Assembly (NCBI GenBank): GCA_016432345.1
Contig: CP066685.1
Coordinates: 560,236-624,235 of the forward strand
Length of the DNA stretch: 64,000 nucleotides
Source: Candidatus Levyibacteriota bacterium
GTDB lineage: Bacteria > Patescibacteriota > Microgenomatia > Levybacterales > UBA12049
Direction of reading: 5' to 3'
A program made the position numbers and the translations under genes. This document shows positions 10,198 to 18,778 of this stretch, one piece after another. Numbering within the stretch: the stretch's first letter is position 1; each line of letters begins with the position of its first letter. Below the pieces are notes generated by a model that was not told the origin of the DNA, made no database searches, and saw nothing but the letters and a program-made list of their open reading frames with translations.

Positions 10198-11493
10198 TTA
10201 AAGTATTCTGCGACCCGTTAAGATTTTTCTAACTTCAAGCATTGCTGAATAGGTTGGCAGGATATAAAGAACGTCATTTTTAGGAGTTTTGTTTAAAGCC
10301 ACCTTTATTGCTTTGCCTAAATTTTCTTGTATTATGTATTTTGTATTATGTATTAAGGGTTCTATATATTTAATTCTTAACCCAATGTCGTAGCAACGGT
10401 CTCCAGAGACGGTAATGTTTATGTTTTTTTCAATAAACTCTTCAAAATCAACATCCCAAATCCAGGAAACATCCCGGCCGTCGGGGATGCGGTCATTTAA
10501 AACAAGAAGCAGATTTTTACCATTCAATTCTTTAACTGTTCGTAGAGATTCGTTAAAACTGGTGGGGTTTTTCGAGAGAAAGATTTGTACTTTTTTGCCG
10601 TTAATTTCTATAATTTCTTGCCGACCAAAAGCTGGAGAGAATGATTTGAGTGATTGTTGAATTGTTTCATTGTTTACATTGTTAGCTTTAGCAACAAGAA
10701 CCGCAGCAAGGGTGTTGTAGCGATTATATACGCCTGAAAGGGGGTAGTATGATGATATTTTTGCAAGGGGTCCCCTTGCAAGGCTGCAGTTGGGGCAGAA
10801 CCAGTCGCCGAGGTGAGAAAAGTAGATTGTTTTGTAGGTAAGTTTGTAGTGGCAGTTTGGACAATAAGTAGAATCTGCCGCGTATTGGGGTGTTTTAATG
10901 GCAATAGATTTATCTTCAAGGCCAAAATACTTTGTATTTTTGTTGTTTTTACCTAAAAAGGCAATTTGTGGGTCGTCGGCGTTGAGAATTAGAATTGTTT
11001 GGTTGTTCAATTGTTCAATTGCTTTTTTCCATTTGACAGCGATTGTATTCACTTCGCCATAGCGGTCGAGTTGGTCCCGAAAAAGATTAAGCAGTACCAA
11101 ATAGTCAGGCGTAATTTGTTGTAAAACAAGGGGGAGGCTGTTTTCATCAACTTCAAAGATAGCAAAATCGCTGGTTATTTTTCCATTCTTGGAATGCATC
11201 ATAATTGAAGAAGCAATGCCATTAAGTAAGTTTGCCCCTGCCTCGTTTTGAAAAACTTTATTGCCTGATTTTTCCAAAATTGCTTGGATTAGTTTTCCTG
11301 TGGTTGTTTTGCCATTTGTGCCGGCAACTATGATGGTCTTTAGTCTTTGGTCGCTGGTCGCTAGAGCATCGCGAACAAAATTTTTATTAATTTTGAGAGC
11401 AATATGTCCAGGCCATGTTGAACCATTACCAAGGTTTAGGGAGCGACTAATTTGAGAAATAATTTTGCCGATAGATATCAGGATTTTAACCAT
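10198..11493 (-). CDS. murT: Lipid II isoglutaminyl synthase, Mur-ligase subunit (MurT-type)
   Basis: 431 aa with the P-loop VAGTNGKTTT and the four-Cys ribbon CPNCHYKL...CPNC characteristic of MurT. It is paired with the gatD-type gene. Confidence 0.8.
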   Translation of the reverse strand: MVKILISIGKIISQISRSLNLGNGSTWPGHIALKINKNFVRDALATSDQRLKTIIVAGTNGKTTTGKLIQAILEKSGNKVFQNEAGANLLNGIASSIMMHSKNGKITSDFAIFEVDENSLPLVLQQITPDYLVLLNLFRDQLDRYGEVNTIAVKWKKAIEQLNNQTILILNADDPQIAFLGKNNKNTKYFGLEDKSIAIKTPQYAADSTYCPNCHYKLTYKTIYFSHLGDWFCPNCSLARGPLAKISSYYPLSGVYNRYNTLAAVLVAKANNVNNETIQQSLKSFSPAFGRQEIIEINGKKVQIFLSKNPTSFNESLRTVKELNGKNLLLVLNDRIPDGRDVSWIWDVDFEEFIEKNINITVSGDRCYDIGLRIKYIEPLIHNTKYIIQENLGKAIKVALNKTPKNDVLYILPTYSAMLEVRKILTGRRIL

Positions 11494-13241
11494 TTGACAA
11501 ACTCATTATACGGCAAGCTGTTTAGGATGTCACTTTTTGTAGCCCAGCCGCGGCGTGCTACAGAAACGCCATATTTCATCATATCCATTTGCCAAGTGCT
11601 GTGACTGTCAGTATTTATAACAAATTTTACACCTTTTTTTATTGCTTCAAAAACAAGCGAATCTGGTAAATCTAAGCGGGTTGGCCAGGCATTTATTTCT
11701 AAAGCCTTGTTATTTTTTATACAAAACTCAAAAATTTTATCGAAATCAAGTTCGTAACCTGCTCGTTGATTTAATAAACGTCCTGTGGGATGAGCAAGTA
11801 TTTTTGCTTTTGGGTTAGATAATCCCTCTAAAACCCTTTTGGTCATTTCTTCTTTATTCATTGAAAAATTACTGTGAATAGAAACAATGACTGCGTCTAT
11901 TACTGAAAGTGATTTTTCATCGATTGCAACTTTTCCAGAAGCTAAAATATCTAGTTCTAGTAAATTTATTACTCGAACATATTTATTACTCTCATTAAGT
12001 TGTTCGATTTTATCTTTTCGTCTTGATAGTATTGAATATATTTGTGATGATGTATGTTTTGAAACACTTGGGTTATGTTCGGAAAAGCCCAAGTAATTGT
12101 AGCCCAGGGATTCTGCCTTTTTAAGCATGTCTTCCATTGTGTTTTTTCCCATATCATGGCTTGGCTCAATCGGGTAATTCGAATGAATATGCAAATCTCC
12201 CATTATATCTTTAAGTTCAACTAGTTTTGGCAATTTGTTTTGCGCCGCCAGCTCGATTTCTCCTTTGTCTTCCCGCATTTCTGGGGGAATCCATGCTAAT
12301 CCTATGGCTTTATAAAACTTTTCTTCCGTGTCGTATTTTTGTATAGTTTTATGTTTTGCTTTTTTGATGCCATATTCAGATAATGAAAGCCTCTTTTTAA
12401 GGGCAAACTCACGGAGATGAATATTATGGCGCTTGCTGCCGGTAAAATGCTGTAAAAGAGATCCAAAAGCGTCTGGTGGCTGTACCATAAGGTCTATCTG
12501 TTTACCTCCAGAGATTAGAATTGATGCTGTTTGCGATCCCTGCTCAATTACTCTATCTTTGTATGGATAATCAATGAAATGTTTTATGACCTCATCTGGG
12601 AAATTTGTTGCAACTGCAAAGTCTATATCGCCAACAGTTGAAACCATCCGCCGCAGGCTGCCAAGTGGATGCGCTTGGATAACTGCATTTGATGTTTTTA
12701 GATATGCCAATACTTTTTGTGCAAGTTCTGAGGCGTAAGGTAGTACCATGCGTTTTGTTTTAGCCCGGCCTTTTTTATATTCGGAAATTGCTTGAAGAAT
12801 ATCTTCTTGTGATTTGGCGCCAAATCCTTCAAGCGAGGCGATTTTATTTTGTTTGGCAATTTTTTCAAGATCAGAAATTACATTTTTGGGATCTTTTAGC
12901 TTAAATTCTGCGACAAGCTTATGGGCTTTTTTAGGGCCGAATGATGGTACATCCAAAAGTGGAAAAACCGAAGCTGGAATTCCGTCCATTACCCAATTAA
13001 AATGTTTTACTTTACCTGTTTTTATTAATTCTTCAAGATGTTGACGAATTGAATGTCCAATTCCTGGTAATAATTCGAGTTTGTTTTCTAAAAGTAAATC
13101 TTTTACTTCGGAAGTTGAGTTTTCGATTGCATCCGCAGCTTTCTGGTAGGCAATAATTTGGAAGCGAAATTTTCTTTCATCTTTTATAGTATATGCTGCG
13201 GCGACATTACGCAGCAGCGTAGCAATTTCTGTATTTGTCAT
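11478..13241 (-). CDS. Family X DNA polymerase with C-terminal PHP domain (PolX)
   Basis: Start reset to ATG 13241 (MTNTEIATLLRNVAAAY...). It carries the nucleotidyltransferase motif GSLRRMVSTVGDIDFAV and PHP motifs DLHIHSNYP / NTDSH. The 48-codon extension in the track (to 13385) reads through tRNA-Asp on the opposite strand and is spurious. Confidence 0.85.
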   Translation of the reverse strand: MTNTEIATLLRNVAAAYTIKDERKFRFQIIAYQKAADAIENSTSEVKDLLLENKLELLPGIGHSIRQHLEELIKTGKVKHFNWVMDGIPASVFPLLDVPSFGPKKAHKLVAEFKLKDPKNVISDLEKIAKQNKIASLEGFGAKSQEDILQAISEYKKGRAKTKRMVLPYASELAQKVLAYLKTSNAVIQAHPLGSLRRMVSTVGDIDFAVATNFPDEVIKHFIDYPYKDRVIEQGSQTASILISGGKQIDLMVQPPDAFGSLLQHFTGSKRHNIHLREFALKKRLSLSEYGIKKAKHKTIQKYDTEEKFYKAIGLAWIPPEMREDKGEIELAAQNKLPKLVELKDIMGDLHIHSNYPIEPSHDMGKNTMEDMLKKAESLGYNYLGFSEHNPSVSKHTSSQIYSILSRRKDKIEQLNESNKYVRVINLLELDILASGKVAIDEKSLSVIDAVIVSIHSNFSMNKEEMTKRVLEGLSNPKAKILAHPTGRLLNQRAGYELDFDKIFEFCIKNNKALEINAWPTRLDLPDSLVFEAIKKGVKFVINTDSHSTWQMDMMKYGVSVARRGWATKSDILNSLPYNEFVKWLKS

Positions 13242-13303
13242 ACGTTTGGAGCATAGCAAAGGATTGACGCAAACGCAATAATTTGTTAGGATAGGTTGGC
13301 TTT

Positions 13304-13381
13304 GGGGTCGTAGCTCAGTTTGGCTAGAGCGCCTCCCTGTCACGGAGGAGGTCGCGGGTTCGAGTCCCGTCGGCCCCGCCA
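13304..13381 (+). tRNA. tRNA-Asp (GTC), CCA encoded
   Basis: Cloverleaf folded by hand: acceptor GGGGTCG/CGGCCCC, D arm GCTC/GAGC, anticodon stem CCTCC/GGAGG with loop CTGTCAC, T arm GCGGG-TTCGAGT-CCCGT, discriminator G, then CCA. Confidence 0.9.
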
Positions 13382-13404
13382 TCAAGGCAGGAAATTTACT
13401 ATAT

Positions 13405-14052
13405 ATGAGAAGAGCAAGTATTCAAAAAGCTTTACCAAAATCAAAAAAAGTAGAATCAGGTATTTTATGGGAAATGCCGCAATTTAGTTTGTCCGAATCG
13501 TACATGAGTTTACTTTTAGGAGTGGTTGTAGTTATATTTTCGGCTATTCTTTTTATGTCGTTTGTTAAAAGCGCAGCGCCAAAAAATACAGGGGTATTGC
13601 AATCAGAAATAATAGTTCAGGATTTTCCTAAAACAAAACAGGCAGAAGTAAAGACTTTTTCTAGTGTAATTGTTGTAAAAGGCGATACATTATGGAGCAT
13701 TGCAGAAAAAAATTATAATTCTGGATTTGAATGGGTAAAAATCGCCAAAGCAAACAGTATAACTAATCCAGATACTATTGAAATTGGAACAAAGTTAACA
13801 TTGCCAGATATTGTAGAAACAAAAATTCTCGCAACAAGTACTAATATACAGGCGGAAAAAGCGGCTTTGACAAAGCAAGCGAAAGCAATCTCGAGTGATA
13901 CATATACTATACAACGCGGTGATAATTTATGGGATATCGCAGTACGCGCTTATGGCGATGGATTTAAATGGCCAGAGATTGCAAAAGCGAACAATCTGGA
14001 AAATCCAAGTCTAATCCACGCAGATAATGTTCTCAAGCTGCCGCGGGATTAG
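13405..14052 (+). CDS. Membrane-anchored protein with two LysM domains
   Basis: 215 aa with one TM segment (LLLGVVVVIFSAILFM). It has two LysM repeats (VVKGDTLWSIAEKNY...LTLP and YTIQRGDNLWDIAVRAY...LKLP). The last 10 nt overlap the 5' end of tRNA-Gly. Confidence 0.85.
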   Translation: MRRASIQKALPKSKKVESGILWEMPQFSLSESYMSLLLGVVVVIFSAILFMSFVKSAAPKNTGVLQSEIIVQDFPKTKQAEVKTFSSVIVVKGDTLWSIAEKNYNSGFEWVKIAKANSITNPDTIEIGTKLTLPDIVETKILATSTNIQAEKAALTKQAKAISSDTYTIQRGDNLWDIAVRAYGDGFKWPEIAKANNLENPSLIHADNVLKLPRD

Positions 14053-14113
14053 TACACCGGTAGTATGCTACCTTCCCAAGGTAGAGAAGCCAGTTCGATT
14101 CTGGTATCCCGCT
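14043..14113 (+). tRNA. tRNA-Gly (CCC), no encoded CCA
   Basis: Hand fold: acceptor GCGGGAT/ATCCCGC, anticodon stem CTACC/GGTAG with loop TTCCCAA, T arm GCCAG-TTCGATT-CTGGT, discriminator T. Track ORFs 14033..14257 and 14049..14282 are antisense artefacts of this tRNA plus the GC-rich patch. Confidence 0.85.
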
Positions 14114-14119
14114 CTGAAT

Positions 14120-14180
14120 GAGACTTCGGGGATAGACCCTGGGGCTGGCTCTGGCTGCCCACCCCCAGCCAGAGCGTCTC
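14120..14180. other. GC-rich nested stem-loop 7 nt downstream of tRNA-Gly
   Basis: Outer arms GAGAC (14120-14124) / GTCTC (14176-14180). They stack directly on an inner 10-bp stem GCTCTGGCTG (14148-14157) / CAGCCAGAGC (14166-14175). The patch is visibly GC-rich against AT-rich flanks, and no T-run follows it. Confidence 0.4.
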
Positions 14181-14342
14181 AAAGCCCTGTCTGAAAACCG
14201 GAACCAGCTGCCGATTCGTGAGAAAGAACTTTTGAAAAATTTCAAATGGCGCAACAAGTGGACTCAGTTTTAAAAACATCAATTTTTCTTAATTTTTGAC
14301 AAGAGAACAATGTAGTTCAATGAGATACTTTTTGGAGCAAAA

Positions 14343-14984
14343 TTATAATGTGGAATTTTGATTTCCTAAACAAACTTGATTCCTCATATCCCAAAATAAA
14401 TATCTTGCTAGATATCCTTCTGAAGAATTACTTGCTAATACTTTTTGAATATTTTCTAAATATACCTTTTGAGATTTTTGATATGCTTCTCCTACCGTGT
14501 GGCCTTTTAGTAAAGAATGTATAACCTCATTTGCAGGTTCTAAGAATAGTTTTGCTCTTTCATCACTTAGTGGATTTGAGGTCTTCTGATTATTGAAGTA
14601 AAAAATAAATTCTTCTTTGTATGCAATAAACGCAAGCGTCCCTTTTTGAATACAAGAAGGGCCTAAAAGTTTACCACTACTGCATGCTAATATATTAACA
14701 ATTGTACCCTTTAATATTTCTTCATTCTCATTTGTTACTACAAGAGATTCGTCATTGTTACCTGCAATCAACTCATAATTACCGTGTCCATTAAAGCAAA
14801 TAAGCTGAGGCTTCATCTTTTTAATAACACTTGTTAGCTCTTTTTTATTTGCTCTCTTTCTATCTAACTCCAAAACTTGATGTCCCTTATCTTTAGCATG
14901 TTTTATGTAGATAGTTGACCAATAAAAGAGATAGTGGGTTCCAGGATCGTATTGTGGTTTAGTAATTAGAATTGTTTTGGGCAT
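14343..14984 (-). CDS. Putative clan CD (caspase/gingipain-like fold) cysteine peptidase-like protein
   Basis: 213 aa with no signal peptide. A hydrophobic strand plus His-Gly (LICFNGHGNYE) is followed about 40 aa later by strand plus Cys (IVNILACSSGK). GTLAFIAY and GHTVGEAYQKSQ come after, the order seen in C25/C11/C14-type peptidases. Motif-level recognition only. Confidence 0.4.
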   Translation of the reverse strand: MPKTILITKPQYDPGTHYLFYWSTIYIKHAKDKGHQVLELDRKRANKKELTSVIKKMKPQLICFNGHGNYELIAGNNDESLVVTNENEEILKGTIVNILACSSGKLLGPSCIQKGTLAFIAYKEEFIFYFNNQKTSNPLSDERAKLFLEPANEVIHSLLKGHTVGEAYQKSQKVYLENIQKVLASNSSEGYLARYLFWDMRNQVCLGNQNSTL

Positions 14985-15195
14985 AGAAGATTCCTTCTTT
15001 TAACATTTTTAAATATTCTAGCTCAACCTCTGTTATTTTTTTACCTAACTCATCGTTCTTCTTAACATGCACAATTAGCTCATCACGTGTAAAGCTGCCT
15101 TCAGATCCAATGGATATACTTGCATCTGGTGGCAGTACCTGTAAACGAGCAATCACTAATTCTTTAATTTGTTCTACAAACTTTTGATCAGACAT
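14959..15195 (-). CDS. Small hypothetical protein (78 aa)
   Basis: ORF co-directional with, and overlapping by 26 nt, the peptidase-like gene. It is loosely similar in layout to the 77 aa ORF upstream. Confidence 0.45.
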   Translation of the reverse strand: MSDQKFVEQIKELVIARLQVLPPDASISIGSEGSFTRDELIVHVKKNDELGKKITEVELEYLKMLKEGIFYAQNNSNY

Positions 15196-15198
15196 ACA

Positions 15199-15432
15199 TT
15201 AAATTATACTTAATTTTTCCAAATAGGAAAGTATAGATTTTGATAATGAAGTGTTATTGTTTATTTCGACATACACTGCATTCCATGTATATGGTCTTTT
15301 ATCCTTATCCTCTGTAACATAAATAATTTCCTCCCGCGCAAGGGAAGGAAGGTTTGCATAGATTTTTAAAAATTTTTCTTTTGTTGGTAATATAGTTTGC
15401 TTGGTCATAGTAGGACTACTATTATATATCAA
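15199..15432 (-). CDS. Small hypothetical protein (77 aa)
   Basis: ORF 3 nt upstream of the 78 aa ORF and the first of a three-ORF minus-strand set. Confidence 0.45.
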   Translation of the reverse strand: MIYNSSPTMTKQTILPTKEKFLKIYANLPSLAREEIIYVTEDKDKRPYTWNAVYVEINNNTSLSKSILSYLEKLSII

Positions 15433-15516
15433 TCATAAAACCGATGTTATGTCAAAGTCAAATAAATAAAAACGTGGGCGTAAAGCTAAATCACACGGAG
15501 AGAGATAATCATAAAT

Positions 15517-15774
15517 TTACTTGTGTTTTTTAGGCGTAATTTTAAAAGGGTCAACAGTACCTTTTTTACCACTGAAAGGGTTTATATTCCCTTTTGCAGA
15601 AAAGTTGTCAAACTTTAATTTGTTGGGTGATGATTTAAAATGTGGGGCAACATAAGTACCATTCTTCTTTATATAACCCTTTACTTTTTGTAAAGCCTCT
15701 ACACTTGACGCTGTCACTAAAGAAAAAGAGAACGCCAGGAATAAAACAATTAAAACAAAAATTAATTTTTTCAT
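15517..15774 (-). CDS. Small secreted basic protein (85 aa)
   Basis: Signal-peptide-like N-terminus MKKLIFVLIVLFLAFSFSLVTASSVEA, followed by a Lys-rich mature part. Confidence 0.55.
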   Translation of the reverse strand: MKKLIFVLIVLFLAFSFSLVTASSVEALQKVKGYIKKNGTYVAPHFKSSPNKLKFDNFSAKGNINPFSGKKGTVDPFKITPKKHK

Positions 15775-15816
15775 AGCAACATTTATCCTTTAAACAGGAT
15801 TAAACGATAAATTATT

Positions 15817-16566
15817 TTAATAAATTGTGCCACAGGCATTATACGCACTTTGTCTCTGACTTTCATATACTGATTTACAGGCATTATAAGCCGAACCACC
15901 ATATTGAGTACAGCTTTGAATTAAACCAGTATATTGAGAGGCTACGTTATCTCTGCACTGCTGTACTTGGGAATTATGTTGATCGATAACCACTTGTGCT
16001 TGGCTATTTGTGAGTGTTGGAGTAGCATAGGGCTGATAGGAATATGTGGGAATGGGTGCATAGGTTGGAACAGCATATGTAGGATATGGAGCGTGAGTAG
16101 GGATCACATAACCAGCATTAGGTTGATAATTATTGTATGTTTGATTTGCTGCCTGCCATGCTAACGCACACACCCGAGACGGAACTTGATAATGTTCTCC
16201 TTTCGGCCCAACACAATCAATAGTCTGTTCTCCATTTTGATTTTGCTGATTTTGTGTTGTTCCCCATGCTGCATTGAACTTATCACACTCTTGTTGTGTT
16301 GTCTGAAAATGCTTACCATCTGAACCAGTACAATCAATCGTTGATTGAGATTTTTGAGCAGATTGCTGGGTGTTATTTCGAGTTGGTTGAGTGTATGGGA
16401 TTGAGGTTGGCGTATTAAGCACAATAGTTGGTGTGTTTTCTACAGGTGTTTGGGGAAGTTCTGTTGCATTTTTTGTTGGAAGAGTGACGTTGAAAGGATT
16501 AAGCACAGCGATACTAGTTGTAGCAACGATAAATAATTGTTTTAATCCGTCAATAATATCAGTCAT
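15817..16566 (-). CDS. Q/T/P/Y-rich exported protein with duplicated Cys motif
   Basis: 249 aa with an N-terminal hydrophobic anchor. It has an internal duplication, IDCTGSDGKHFQTTQQECDKFNAAWG versus IDCVGPKGEHYQVPSRVCALAWQAA, and PTY/APTY-rich low-complexity sequence. Confidence 0.55.
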   Translation of the reverse strand: MTDIIDGLKQLFIVATTSIAVLNPFNVTLPTKNATELPQTPVENTPTIVLNTPTSIPYTQPTRNNTQQSAQKSQSTIDCTGSDGKHFQTTQQECDKFNAAWGTTQNQQNQNGEQTIDCVGPKGEHYQVPSRVCALAWQAANQTYNNYQPNAGYVIPTHAPYPTYAVPTYAPIPTYSYQPYATPTLTNSQAQVVIDQHNSQVQQCRDNVASQYTGLIQSCTQYGGSAYNACKSVYESQRQSAYNACGTIY

Positions 16567-16580
16567 AAATCAAAAAACTT

Positions 16581-17162
16581 TTATAATGCGTGTTTACTAT
16601 CATTAAGAAAAATCTTGTATTGTTTTTGGATCTTTTCCATGTCTTTTTCTGTGAATTTCTTGTTTTGCCAAAATCCTCTTAACTCGTAATCGCCAGTTCC
16701 TAGTTTATATATCCAGACATTAAAAAGCTTATCTTGTTTATCTTGGAAGATGATGTTTATCTCTTTTCCACCCGCGATACTATCGTTTATTCCAAAAACA
16801 ATAAATTTGCTTTTATAGTAATCCTTACTAAAGGAATCTAATCCGCTTATCGTTCCATCCTCTGCTTTATCGACTTTGATTGCAAGCGGTTCTATGCCAT
16901 CGTTATTTCCTGTCAGGTAATTATTTAGTACCTTTCTGATATGTAAAACAAAGGGGTTATTATACGAAGAGTAATAACTTTTTAGTTGTTCTTCAGTAAA
17001 ATGTAGTTCTTGTACTATTTCTGTTGGCGTTGCTTGGGCACTAGTAGTTGATGTTACTTTTTCTGTGCTGGTTGGTTTTTTGTTGGAGCTTCTATAAAAC
17101 AGAAACAAAAAAACAAATATTACAAATGCCAGTAAAATGAATATATATTTTCGTCTTGTCAT
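16581..17162 (-). CDS. Membrane-anchored hypothetical protein
   Basis: 193 aa with the N-terminal TM IFILLAFVIFVFLFLF. There is a 4-nt overlap with the upstream UPF0489-like gene. Confidence 0.55.
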   Translation of the reverse strand: MTRRKYIFILLAFVIFVFLFLFYRSSNKKPTSTEKVTSTTSAQATPTEIVQELHFTEEQLKSYYSSYNNPFVLHIRKVLNNYLTGNNDGIEPLAIKVDKAEDGTISGLDSFSKDYYKSKFIVFGINDSIAGGKEINIIFQDKQDKLFNVWIYKLGTGDYELRGFWQNKKFTEKDMEKIQKQYKIFLNDSKHAL

Positions 17163-17929
17163 TTTTTAGTTGTCGTACTAAAAGTCATTATCATATTTTT
17201 TTTGGGAATTAATTTTTGCAGCTTAAATTTTATACCTAAAATAGGAATATATTTTTCACAAAATTTTTCTGCATCTTTCCAGCTTCCAGAACAATCAGCA
17301 TCAGGACTTAGTGCTATTGTTAGAACTATAATTCTATCTTTGTCTATCATTTTCTTAATTCCGGTAAAAAATTTATTGATATCATCTGATTTAAATTGTG
17401 ATTTTTGATCTTTTGCTTTTGGTCCTATGAAATAATCAAGATCTAGATTAAAAATAAATTTGTCTTTATTAAAATTAATTTTTTCAAAAAGACTTTTTAC
17501 GGAAAATATATCAAGATTAGTATATATGAATTTTGGATTTTCTTGAGGAAATGAGGAAACATGATGCCCTATATAAAATTTGTCTATTAAATAATAATAA
17601 CATTCACCCATGAATGATAAATAATTATCATATCTAAAAATTCGGCAGTTTAAATCATTTGTATAACTACGATATTCATTTATTGACATTTGTTTAATTT
17701 TTTCCGCAGTAGGAGTATGTTGCTTCCACTCATGTATTGATCCCGTATCGAAATGTTCATCTATGTGAATTAATGAATATTTTTTTGTGAGATTTAATCT
17801 CTGCATCCAACACCAAAGCGCAACACGATGATTATCTGAAATGTATATATTTTTATCTCTATACAAAAAATTTACACCATATTCCTCTGATTTTCCTCGT
17901 TTAGAAAAAGGAATAATCCAATTATTCAT
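17159..17929 (-). CDS. UPF0489-like protein (arginase/deacetylase-like fold family)
   Basis: 256 aa. YISDNHRVALWCW...SLIHIDEHFD matches my memory of the UPF0489 N-terminal signature (xxDxHxxxL ... HxDxHxD). Not checked against an HMM. Confidence 0.5.
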   Translation of the reverse strand: MNNWIIPFSKRGKSEEYGVNFLYRDKNIYISDNHRVALWCWMQRLNLTKKYSLIHIDEHFDTGSIHEWKQHTPTAEKIKQMSINEYRSYTNDLNCRIFRYDNYLSFMGECYYYLIDKFYIGHHVSSFPQENPKFIYTNLDIFSVKSLFEKINFNKDKFIFNLDLDYFIGPKAKDQKSQFKSDDINKFFTGIKKMIDKDRIIVLTIALSPDADCSGSWKDAEKFCEKYIPILGIKFKLQKLIPKKNMIMTFSTTTKK

Positions 17930-18120
17930 ATAAATGAAGCAAGTAATCTAGGGCTGTTTCGTGCCAATTTCATGAAATATCTATTACCATACGGGTATAA
18001 ATTTACCATGCTCATTTGTGTATCTGTCAATTTTGACCCTAATAGATTTAAGTTCGTAGTAAAATCATAATATAAATAAAAACCGTTATTGCTTTTGCGT
18101 GCTCCTATATCTATCGACAT
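17926..18120 (-). CDS. Small hypothetical ORF (64 aa)
   Basis: ORF with a 4-nt overlap on the UPF0489-like gene start. No recognisable motif. Confidence 0.3.
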   Translation of the reverse strand: MSIDIGARKSNNGFYLYYDFTTNLNLLGSKLTDTQMSMVNLYPYGNRYFMKLARNSPRLLASFI

Positions 18121-18182
18121 CTTTGAACATTAAAGATTACTTAGTTATTCTTAATAATATATTACTTATTTTTATGTTCTTT

Positions 18183-18578
18183 TTATTGCTTTTTATCTGT
18201 TGTTATTTTCTTTGATTTCATGGAGCTTATTAATCTGTTAACTTCCTCCTTACTTTTTTGATCTTCCACAATCCATTTATCATTAATCTGTCTGACTGTA
18301 TATTTTAGACCTTCACGGTCAAGGAACTCTTTAAGATATTCCTCTTTTTTCAAATTCTCTTTTCCCAAAAAAGATCCAAAATTAAGAAGAAACCAAATGC
18401 CTAAACTTTTTGTAGCCCATTGGGCAGCCGTTCCTGGCTCGCAACCTGAAGAACATCCCCCATATAAGGGATCGGGATTGCAATTAGGATCTGGATTACA
18501 ATTAGTATTGTTTAACAATAGACCTACAATAATGGCAACGATTATGAAAACAGATTGTTGGTTAAAAAAATTTTTCAT
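18183..18578 (-). CDS. Membrane-anchored protein with NCNPDP tandem repeat
   Basis: 131 aa with the TM VFIIVAIIVGLLL, then NCNPDPNCNPDPLYGGCSSGCEPG and a second hydrophobic stretch. Confidence 0.5.
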   Translation of the reverse strand: MKNFFNQQSVFIIVAIIVGLLLNNTNCNPDPNCNPDPLYGGCSSGCEPGTAAQWATKSLGIWFLLNFGSFLGKENLKKEEYLKEFLDREGLKYTVRQINDKWIVEDQKSKEEVNRLISSMKSKKITTDKKQ

Positions 18579-18667
18579 AATTTTTAAGTTGTTTTCTTTT
18601 TTGGTCTTATGATAATTTTCCCTTCCTTATAATCTTTTAAACAATCCTCGTATATTACCGCTCGATC

Positions 18668-18778
18668 TTACATGAACTGCTTCTGAACAGATCTCGGATC
18701 ATCAATTTTTCTAGATCCAGTAATTTTAGGTCCAACATTTTCTTTTTCCTTTTTGCAAATTGGACATTCCTGCTTCAT
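18668..18778 (-). CDS. Possible 36-aa micro-ORF with CPxC motif
   Basis: Hand-found: MKQECPICKKEKENVGPKITGSRKIDDPRSVQKQFM. Its ATG overlaps the TGA stop of the upstream gene (ATGA). It is below the ORF-track length cutoff. Confidence 0.25.
   Translation of the reverse strand: MKQECPICKKEKENVGPKITGSRKIDDPRSVQKQFM

Noticed and set aside
13242-13385. 48-codon N-terminal extension of the PolX ORF
   Set aside because: The extension (MMAGPTGLEPATSSVTGRR...) is the reverse-strand reading of tRNA-Asp. The PolX homology starts at ATG 13241.
14033-14282. Two overlapping minus-strand ORFs of 74 and 77 aa
   Set aside because: They read through tRNA-Gly (…RIELASLPWEGSILPVY is a typical tRNA-antisense peptide) and the GC-rich hairpin, and they have no coding features.
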